Shown: positions 8,657-15,592 of the stretch, in pieces
Numbering within the stretch: position 1 is the first letter of the stretch
Layout of the letters: every line of letters begins with the position of its first letter
Source of the DNA: Candidatus Micrarchaeota archaeon
GTDB lineage: Archaea > B1Sed10-29 > WALL01 > WAMD01
DNA length: 18,491 nucleotides
Direction of reading: 5' to 3'
NCBI GenBank assembly: GCA_964652335.1
Contig: CAZZDL010000011.1
Coordinates: forward strand, 1 to 18,491
Notes under the pieces: generated by a model
Databases searched by the model: none
Seen by the model: the letters and a program-made list of their open reading frames with translations, nothing else
Told to the model about the DNA's origin: nothing
Translations under genes and position numbers: made by a program

Positions 8657-8748
8657 CATATAAAATGGAGACGGGAGAATGGAGGTGGGGGTGTCCCGCC
8701 CAAAGGGCGGGACGTGGGGGAGAGGGAATATGATTAGGGAATGGGGAT

Positions 8749-8870
8749 GCTGACGGCGTCTGAGGCTTCCCGGCCCGTCTCCGAGACCAGTACCACCTCA
8801 ATCGCTGGGAGGCTTAACTTCCGGGTTCGGGATGAGTCCGGGTGTTACCCTCCCGCTATGACCGTCAGCC
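8749..8870 (-). rRNA. rrf: 5S ribosomal RNA (stand-alone, not in a 16S-23S operon)
   Basis: Minus strand GGCTGACGGTCATAGCGGGAGGGTAACACCCGGACTCATCCCGAACCCGGAAGTTAAGCCTCCC...GGTACT...GGGAA...GCCGTCAGC. It has the conserved CCGAAC and GAAGTTAAGC motifs and terminal helix GCTGACGG/CCGTCAGC. Ends are approximate to a few nt. Confidence 0.96.
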
Positions 8871-8890
8871 CAGTATTTTTGGTTGATGGG

Positions 8891-8906
8891 GTATATATAC
8901 GTTTCG
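8891..8906 (-). promoter_or_regulatory. BRE-TATA promoter of 5S rRNA
   Basis: Minus strand CGAAAC-GTATATATAC, ending 20 nt upstream of the 5S 5' end. Confidence 0.75.
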
Positions 8907-8926
8907 GTCGCTGTTCAAAGCCACAA

Positions 8927-9076
8927 TCATTTCTTCAATTTGGACCAATAATCGTATGTAGCTAATACCACTCCAATTATTGCAACTATTACTCCCCACC
9001 AAAAAACTCCTGGGTATATTATCATTCCGCCTCCAATTAGGATCAAGATAATCCCAATAATCTCAGTCATCTCCAT
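8927..9076 (-). CDS. Small 49-aa two-helix membrane protein (missing from the ORF track)
   Basis: Manual translation: MEMTEIIGIILILIGGGMIIYPGVFWWGVIVAIIGVVLATYDYWSKLKK*. AAGGAGGGAG RBS just upstream, TTTTTAAA box at about 9121-9128, basic C-terminus. Confidence 0.75.
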   Translation of the reverse strand: MEMTEIIGIILILIGGGMIIYPGVFWWGVIVAIIGVVLATYDYWSKLKK

Positions 9077-9194
9077 TTTTCTCCCTCCTTTACGTTTTTA
9101 CATTAAAAAACACAATCATGTTTAAAAAGATTTCCCTATTTACCGAGGGAGACACTTGCTAATTAACAACTATTCATAGAAAAAGCCTTCAAAA

Positions 9195-9243
9195 GAAAAA
9201 AATAAAAAGCAATGGAACCTTTGGGTTCCACTGCTGTGGCGGC
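9195..9243 (-). ncRNA. Candidate ~50-nt hairpin small RNA
   Basis: BRE-TATA at 9262-9279, then GCCGCCAC, a 12-bp stem AGCAGTGGAACC-CAAA-GGTTCCATTGCT (9208-9235) and a long T tract (9191-9207). No recognised family. Confidence 0.5.
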
Positions 9244-9261
9244 AATACGTTTTCTTAGTTG

Positions 9262-9279
9262 GTATTTATAAGCTTTTCG
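9262..9279 (-). promoter_or_regulatory. Strong BRE-TATA promoter
   Basis: Minus strand CGAAAAG-CTTATAAATAC, closely resembling the 5S promoter CGAAAC-GTATATATAC. Confidence 0.65.
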
Positions 9280-9304
9280 TCTGTTCATTTAAAAAGGAGG
9301 TGAA

Positions 9305-9337
9305 ATGCAATTCTATAATCGACCTTTGCTTAACTAA
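9305..9337 (+). CDS. Putative 10-aa micro-ORF (MQFYNRPLLN) upstream of hmgA
   Basis: Consensus RBS AAGGAGGTGA at 9294-9303, with the ATG at 9305. No other support. Confidence 0.25.
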   Translation: MQFYNRPLLN

Positions 9338-9404
9338 AAAACCACGATTGTCTAATATGGTTTAAATAGAAAAATCAATAAAAAATGAGGGAGAAGGTGA
9401 TTGA

Positions 9405-10670
9405 ATGGATAACGAAAAGGAAGACAAACTAATAAGAGAGCTAATAGAAAGCATAAAAGCTGGAGAGGCCGGAATTAGAGACGTGGACAAGTTAGCTGGA
9501 GAACTGGGACTAGATCCAAAGAGAGCTACGAACATAAGAAGAAGAATCATTGAAAAACTAACTGGAACTAAGCTTGATAACATTGGTCACTTCTCGCTAG
9601 ATGTGGAAAGGGCAACAAAGAGAAACATAGAAAACATGATTGGTGTGGCTCAGCTACCAATGGGAATAGCTGGTCCATTAAAGGTAAATGGCGAACTAGC
9701 TAAAGGTGAGTTCTATATACCTCTGGCAACCACAGAAGGCGCATTGGTAGCGAGCATAAACAGAGGATGCAAAGCTATTAGCTTGAGCGGGGGAGCAAAT
9801 GTTAGAGTAATAGACGACAAGATGACTAGAGCTGCCTTGTTCAAAGTGGATAGTATAGAAGACGCAGTGGGATTCAGAGACTGGGTAATCGAAAACTTTG
9901 ATAAGATCGTTGAAAAGACAAAGGAAACATCTAGACATCTACGTATTAGAGAGATAAGGCCATGGATAGTTGGAAAGAATGTGTTCCTTAGATTTGAAGG
10001 TGAGACTGGAGATGCAATGGGAATGAACATGATCACAATCGCTGTGGAACACGCATGTTCATGGATAGAGGAGAATTATCCAAATGCCAAATTCGTATCT
10101 GCCAGCGGGAACATGTGCATAGACAAAAAATCCTCGGCCCTAAACTCGCTTACAGGTAGAGGAAAAACCGTAGTAGCTGATATAGTCTTGCCTAGGGAAG
10201 TGGTGAAAAGCATACTAAAAACCGAACCAGAAAAGATGGTGGAAGTGGCATATAGGAAGAACCTAGTTGGTTCTGCCCTAGCAGGGTCATATGGGTTTAA
10301 CGCTCATTTTGCTAACGTAATAGCGGCAGTGTACATAGCAACTGGCCAAGACGCTGCCCATGTAGTGGAGGGAAGCCAGGGCTTTAGCCTAATGGAAATG
10401 CAGGGAGATGAATTGCATGCAAGCGTCATGATACCTGCCCTGCAAGTCGGCACGGTCGGCGGAGGAACAGGACTTGGAACACAGAGAGAGGCTTTGGAAA
10501 TCCTAGGAGTAGCTGGTGGTGGAAATCCTCCTGGAACAAATGCAAAAAAGCTAGCTGAGATAATAGGAGCCGCAGTCCTGGCAGGAGAACTAAGCCTAAT
10601 CGGAGCCCTGGCTGCTAGGCATTTAGGGAAAGCCCACCAAGAACTGGGAAGAGGAAAAAAGACTAGCTAA
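9405..10670 (+). CDS. hmgA: 3-hydroxy-3-methylglutaryl-CoA reductase (NADPH), class I
   Basis: ENMIG, PLATTEGALVAS, DAMGMNM, SGNMCIDKK, ATGQDAAHVVE, VGTVGGGT, LAGELSL and the C-terminal catalytic His (KAHQEL). GGTGA RBS and TTTAAATA box at about 9361. Confidence 0.97.
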   Translation: MDNEKEDKLIRELIESIKAGEAGIRDVDKLAGELGLDPKRATNIRRRIIEKLTGTKLDNIGHFSLDVERATKRNIENMIGVAQLPMGIAGPLKVNGELAKGEFYIPLATTEGALVASINRGCKAISLSGGANVRVIDDKMTRAALFKVDSIEDAVGFRDWVIENFDKIVEKTKETSRHLRIREIRPWIVGKNVFLRFEGETGDAMGMNMITIAVEHACSWIEENYPNAKFVSASGNMCIDKKSSALNSLTGRGKTVVADIVLPREVVKSILKTEPEKMVEVAYRKNLVGSALAGSYGFNAHFANVIAAVYIATGQDAAHVVEGSQGFSLMEMQGDELHASVMIPALQVGTVGGGTGLGTQREALEILGVAGGGNPPGTNAKKLAEIIGAAVLAGELSLIGALAARHLGKAHQELGRGKKTS

Positions 10671-11400
10671 GAAAAGACAACAATGCTCCTAGTATGCACA
10701 AGATACCAAATGCAAATGCGAATATTGAAAAGTTTATTCTCTTTGACAAGGATATCAGTAAATGCAAACTGGCAAGGCCAACTAGGAAGCTAGTAACCAA
10801 TGCTGGCCATGATGACAGCAAGACTCCTGTGGTTACGGCTAAGTAAAATGCACCTACAAGGACAACAGGCAATGACATCATATATGAATACTTGAGTATC
10901 TCATCTGGGTCTAGGTTTCCCATTGACAAAACAAATATGGTTGAACCAGATCTAGATAAGCCAGGCATCGCGGCCAGGCCTTGGAACAATCCAGAAACAA
11001 TAGCTAGTGCATCATTGCCAAGCTTAATACTAATTCTTACTCTCTGAAATATTCCAGTAACTAGAAGAGCAATCCCCATAAGAGCTAGAAGTCCAGGACC
11101 TAGATTTGTCTCAACGAATTTGTAAACTAAAAAACCTACTGGAAGAGAGACTATGGCTGAAATGAGGATAAATCTAGCTAAGGGCTTGTCTTTAAGCGTG
11201 AATACATCTTTCCACTGTTTCCAAAAATAAACCAAAACTGCTAAGCTGGTCCCAAGATGCAAAAATAAAGCAGTCTGCAATGGATCCACCTTTCCAAGGG
11301 CGGATGCCAGTAGGACTAAAACTCCCTCACTGGATATCGGTATCCATTCAAAGATGCCTTGAACGATGCCAAGGAATAAGTAATCCAGCATAGGAATCAT
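10663..11400 (-). CDS. uppP: Undecaprenyl/polyprenyl-diphosphate phosphatase (BacA/UppP family)
   Basis: GIVQGIFEWIPISSEG, LHLGT, QGLAAMPGLSRSGST, multiple TM helices. The start could be 11400 or 11391. Confidence 0.92.
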   Translation of the reverse strand: MIPMLDYLFLGIVQGIFEWIPISSEGVLVLLASALGKVDPLQTALFLHLGTSLAVLVYFWKQWKDVFTLKDKPLARFILISAIVSLPVGFLVYKFVETNLGPGLLALMGIALLVTGIFQRVRISIKLGNDALAIVSGLFQGLAAMPGLSRSGSTIFVLSMGNLDPDEILKYSYMMSLPVVLVGAFYLAVTTGVLLSSWPALVTSFLVGLASLHLLISLSKRINFSIFAFAFGILCILGALLSFLS

Positions 11401-11500
11401 TATGCAAGCTCGTTACTTAAAGCTTTTTAAATACTGATTACTTTTTTTACATGCCTAGCCATAACTCTAGATAAAATAACAAATGTTTATTGGTGATCAA

Positions 11501-14500
11501 ATGGCAGATCCTGAAGAAACAAAGAAAAAACTTGAAAAATTAAGGCAAGACCAAGATGCTCTAAAAGCCCAACTTACCGAGCTAGAAGAGTATATGCACA
11601 GAAAGTACAGAAAGCCAAAGCCGAGAACTTATCCTGCTTATCCAACACCAACATACGCAGAACCACAGCCCACCCCCCCTCCAACATATAGAAAAAGGTA
11701 TGCATACGCTCCTCCGGCAGTCTCAACCACAACCGACATAGATGAGCTAAAGGACTTGTTGCTTAGGAACTTAGATGAAATGAAAAAGCTAATGGCAAAA
11801 TATGACTATCTACTGGACGCGTTACTATCCAGTCTAGAGGAGGCCAGCTCCGAAGATATTGATAAAACAATAATGCTAATCGCCCAAACCCAAGCCCACA
11901 TGGCTGACGCAATTGGGATGATTCAAGAAACAACTGAGAAACTTGAGAAAAGTGGGTTGACCAAAGAGGATCTAAATAAATTCAAACAAGAATTCCAAGA
12001 AAGGTACATAGAAGTGACAGATAGATTAGGGGAGATAATAAAAGCCATTCAAGAGCCTGTTTTCATGGACACTCTCACAAGCATGGAGGTTCAAGTATCA
12101 AACATGTCTGAAGAATTGAAGAGAATTGACGAAGAACTGAAGAAAGGACTAAATGAGGAGCTAATAGAAAGGATGAAAGAATTCGGAGTAAAAATTGAGG
12201 GATTTGATGAAAGGCTAAGGGCGATAAACGAAATCGTTGAGGGGTTAAAGGGACATGTATACGCAACAGAGGCGTCAGCTGCAAAGATTGCAAACATTGA
12301 AAAGCAGCTCGCAGAGATGAGAAAGATACTTGAAGCTAATCAAAAGGCAATACTTGAAGAAACATCTTCTCAGAAGATTGAGATTGAAAAAGCATTAGCT
12401 GGCTTTAAGGAAGCTGGCAAGGCTGTGGAAGAATTGAAAGAATTGGGGGACATAGGAGACAAATTGGCTGAAATTGAGAAGCTAAAAGAAGCTGAAGAAA
12501 GAGAGATTGAGAAGCTATCCGAACTAGAAGAGAAACTGAAGAAAGTGGACGAACTTGAGAATAGGCTAGCCAATATGGAAACTAAAATAAACAGGATTTC
12601 TAGATTTGTAGATGTTTACCCAATTGGAGAAGTTCATGAACTATCCACAATAAAAAGAGAGATTGAAAAAGTCAAACCTAGCTTACCTAGAGTTATAATC
12701 GAATCATTAGAGAAAAAATTAGGGGCAATAGAATCTATCTTAAAGAAAATTGAGAGAAGAAGAGAGATTGAGAAGAAGGAAGAAGAAAACAGGATAGAGG
12801 AAATACTCACTAGGATAGAGAAAAAGATTGAGGAGGCCTCAGTTAGTGGAAAAGAGATAACTGAAATTGAGGAGCGACTAGAAGAGATAAAACAGGGACT
12901 AGAGGATGTAAAGCGCTTAAGGGAGCAAGTCAAGGAAGGAAAAGAAGAAGGTGAGACATTACTGAAGCTAGAAGAAAGGATAAATGATATCTCTAAAGGC
13001 ATAAACGAACTATCTTCAGTTGTAAAGCAAATGACAATGGAAGAAAAAGCAGACATATCTAATTTGTCTAAGGATCTAAGAGAAATAGAAGCCAGACTGG
13101 AAGGATTGCAGAAACTGCCTAAAAAAGAAGTGGAGAGGGAATCTAAATCTCTAGCTAAAGAAATCAAGCTGATGGAAAACAGATTAGCAAAGCTTGAAAA
13201 GACCCAAGAGAAAGAGGAACTAAAAGACATACGACAAGATATTGAAAACGTAAAGAAGGGAATTGAACTGATAGAAAAGAGAGTTGAAACAGAATTAATG
13301 GAATCTGTAAAAAGGAAATACTCAGAGCTAGCTGAAAGGATAGGAAAACTTGAAACCATGGTAAAGCTAGAAGGAATAGGAAAAGAAGATGTGAAAAAAG
13401 AGCTCAATGAAATAGAAAAAAAGATTAGAGATATGAGAGAACTGATCGGAAAGAAAAAGGGGTTTGCAGGAGTAGATAAAGAACTAAAGAAATTGGAGGA
13501 TGAAGTGAAAGCTGCTAAAAGAGTTAAAAGCGTTAAGAAAGGGGTTGAAAGAGTAAAGAAAGCTGCCGAGTTGGTGTCCCCTCATCCTAGCCTGAAAGCC
13601 AAGAAAGCTGCTTCTAGGATATTCTCTGTTAGAAAAGGAATAGAAGCTGGAGAAAAGCCAGCAGTAGGTGAAGTAAGGTTAGCTCTAAAGGAAGTGAGAG
13701 AGTTAGAAAAATTCGTAGAAGGAATGGGACTAGAAAAGAGGGTAAAAAGATTGAGGACAAATCTAGAAAAAATAAAGAAGAACCTAGCCAGATATCCAAA
13801 GAAGTACATTCCCAAGCTAGCTGAAATGGAAAAGGAATTGATGCAAGTTTCAAGAGAGATAGACAAAATCAATTCTGAAATACTCCTCATTGGGAGATTA
13901 GAAGAGAAGCTAAAGAACAAGGAAGAAGAACTCCAAGAGCTAAACTATAGAATTGCATCTGGGAAAGCGGAGGCAGAGGAAGTTAAAGATAAAATTGAAA
14001 GAATAAGTAGAGAAATAGATGAAATAAGAAAACGAATAGGATTAGAAACTTTGAAAGTATACAAATTAGTTAAGAAGATAGGCGAACTGAAGAATAGAAC
14101 TAGAAACATCCTGCCTTTGGCAGAGGCTAGAAAGAAACTAGCCATGCTCAGAAAGGCGATTGAGAAAGGAAGAGTGAAAAAAGCAAGAGAGTATGCAAAA
14201 GAAGTAAGGACTATACTAAAGAAAAGAAAGAGTGAGGAGGCAAAGGGCTTAGACAGAGAATTGGACAATCTTTTAGCTAAACTTGAAGGGGCCTCAAAAG
14301 GTAAAGAAAAACTAGCAAGGAGACTAGAAAAGAAAGAAAGAACTGCTTTGTTCCCAAAGCTGTTTGCCGCTATAGAGGGGTTGATACATGCGCATAGGAA
14401 AAAGCCAGGAGTTGTAGTGGTTGAAAAGGAGAAAGCCCAAAAAGCTAAAGAAGAAATTGAAAAAGCTAAAGGCACCCTAGAAGAGGTAAAGAGAAACGTT

Positions 14501-15028
14501 GCAAAACCAACTAAACTAAAAAAGGCAAAGGAAAAAATGTTAGTAGCAGAAACAGAGTTGGGTACGAAAAAGGTTAAGGTCTTACCCAAGAAAGAGATAG
14601 AAGAAACCGTGAGAACAGCGAAGAAAGAGATAGAAGAAACAAGAAAAGAAATTGAAAAAGAAAGACCTGGATGGGTGGCTGGATTAATAGCTCAAAAGAG
14701 AATTGAGCTATCTCAAGAGGAGCTTAAAGAGATAGCTAAAGCATTAAAGAAAAGTGAAGAGATTCATGAAAAAGCATTGAGAGCAGTAAAATCAAGTAGA
14801 AAAGAGATGGAGAAAGCAATAATCAACAAAGAGTTTGCATTAATGGAGATAATTGAGAATATGAAAAGTGGGGAAAAGGCGTATCTAGAAGACATAGCCA
14901 AATCAATGAGGGTCAGTCCTAAAGAATTGTTGGACCTTGTAAAAAGAATAAAAGGGAATTTCAAATTAATGGATGCTGGGTTCATCGCTAGGCTATTAGG
15001 TAGAAAGCCATACATAGTAAAGATCTAG
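11501..15028 (+). CDS. Very large coiled-coil protein of unknown function
   Basis: E/K/L/I heptad-rich over about 1000 aa. No Walker A/B, signal peptide or TM helix. GGTGA RBS at 11492-11496 supports ATG 11501 (MADPEE) over 11483. Confidence 0.85.
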   Translation: MADPEETKKKLEKLRQDQDALKAQLTELEEYMHRKYRKPKPRTYPAYPTPTYAEPQPTPPPTYRKRYAYAPPAVSTTTDIDELKDLLLRNLDEMKKLMAKYDYLLDALLSSLEEASSEDIDKTIMLIAQTQAHMADAIGMIQETTEKLEKSGLTKEDLNKFKQEFQERYIEVTDRLGEIIKAIQEPVFMDTLTSMEVQVSNMSEELKRIDEELKKGLNEELIERMKEFGVKIEGFDERLRAINEIVEGLKGHVYATEASAAKIANIEKQLAEMRKILEANQKAILEETSSQKIEIEKALAGFKEAGKAVEELKELGDIGDKLAEIEKLKEAEEREIEKLSELEEKLKKVDELENRLANMETKINRISRFVDVYPIGEVHELSTIKREIEKVKPSLPRVIIESLEKKLGAIESILKKIERRREIEKKEEENRIEEILTRIEKKIEEASVSGKEITEIEERLEEIKQGLEDVKRLREQVKEGKEEGETLLKLEERINDISKGINELSSVVKQMTMEEKADISNLSKDLREIEARLEGLQKLPKKEVERESKSLAKEIKLMENRLAKLEKTQEKEELKDIRQDIENVKKGIELIEKRVETELMESVKRKYSELAERIGKLETMVKLEGIGKEDVKKELNEIEKKIRDMRELIGKKKGFAGVDKELKKLEDEVKAAKRVKSVKKGVERVKKAAELVSPHPSLKAKKAASRIFSVRKGIEAGEKPAVGEVRLALKEVRELEKFVEGMGLEKRVKRLRTNLEKIKKNLARYPKKYIPKLAEMEKELMQVSREIDKINSEILLIGRLEEKLKNKEEELQELNYRIASGKAEAEEVKDKIERISREIDEIRKRIGLETLKVYKLVKKIGELKNRTRNILPLAEARKKLAMLRKAIEKGRVKKAREYAKEVRTILKKRKSEEAKGLDRELDNLLAKLEGASKGKEKLARRLEKKERTALFPKLFAAIEGLIHAHRKKPGVVVVEKEKAQKAKEEIEKAKGTLEEVKRNVAKPTKLKKAKEKMLVAETELGTKKVKVLPKKEIEETVRTAKKEIEETRKEIEKERPGWVAGLIAQKRIELSQEELKEIAKALKKSEEIHEKALRAVKSSRKEMEKAIINKEFALMEIIENMKSGEKAYLEDIAKSMRVSPKELLDLVKRIKGNFKLMDAGFIARLLGRKPYIVKI

Positions 15029-15119
15029 ACGCCCTATTGAGCGGTCTATCGGGCATAAGCTTTATAAACGAATTATGAGTTAGACAGGATGACATATTCA
15101 AAATTGGAGGTGAAAAAAG

Positions 15120-15551
15120 ATGAAGAAAGGTATTAGTCCGATAGTAGCAGTGGTGTTATTGATAGCCATTGCAGTAATCGCTGCAGTCGGTCTGTACTTC
15201 TGGGTTGGAGGTCTAGCGACAAAGCAGCCAACACCAACTACGCCAAAGACAATTTCAGCCTATGCAGTAAGCTGTGCATCTGACAATACAGGAATTACAA
15301 CAATAATGGTTGCAAACACAAGTCCAGCAGGAAACACAGTGAATGTATCTGCACTAAAGGACAGTCTAGGAAATAGCTTTGGCGACAGCAGTAATACAGA
15401 CGGTTGGATGTGTGATGACACATCTCTATCAAGTGGCGAGCAGACAGCATGTAAGTTAAACAATTCAGCAAGTACAGGTGACTTCTACGCTGGTGTTGGA
15501 ACAATTAGTATCTACGGAAGCGACGTTGCATCAGCTACAGTCAGCTGTTGA
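15120..15551 (+). CDS. Archaeal type IV pilin (class III signal peptide)
   Basis: MKKG|ISPIVAVVLLIAIAVIAAVGLYFW is a PibD/ArlK-type cleavage site plus H-domain. Ser/Thr-rich, Cys-containing globular domain. CTTTATAAA TATA at 15060-15068 and GGAGGTGA RBS at 15106-15113. Confidence 0.92.
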   Translation: MKKGISPIVAVVLLIAIAVIAAVGLYFWVGGLATKQPTPTTPKTISAYAVSCASDNTGITTIMVANTSPAGNTVNVSALKDSLGNSFGDSSNTDGWMCDDTSLSSGEQTACKLNNSASTGDFYAGVGTISIYGSDVASATVSC

Positions 15552-15576
15552 GAAAAACCCTCTTAACCCCTCATCT

Positions 15577-15592
15577 CATTTTTATTATTTTA
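15577..15592 (+). terminator. T-rich terminator after the pilin gene
   Basis: ATTTTTATTATTTTAT between convergent genes. Confidence 0.45.

Noticed and set aside
8741..8965. 74-aa plus-strand ORF (also 8562..8801 minus, and a 22-codon ATG ORF at 8665)
   Set aside because: They overlap the 5S rRNA gene and its GC-rich trailer; open frames are a by-product of the GC content.
9195..9243. Candidate sRNA as a tRNA half or as the missing SRP helix 6 supplied in trans
   Set aside because: The GCCGCC start is tRNA-like, but there is no D-arm or T-arm. The loop is CAAA rather than GNAR, and no complementarity to the SRP junction was seen.
12075..15015. Long Ser/Phe/Leu-rich minus-strand ORFs, and similar antisense ORFs throughout the window
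   Set aside because: These are shadow frames of purine-rich real genes, with no RBS or recognisable motifs.
11501..15028. SMC/Rad50 annotation for the coiled-coil protein
   Set aside because: It has no Walker A, Walker B, signature motif, hinge or CxxC zinc hook.
15031..15056. GCCC...GGGC imperfect inverted repeat before the pilin promoter
   Set aside because: It has too many mismatches to distinguish from chance.
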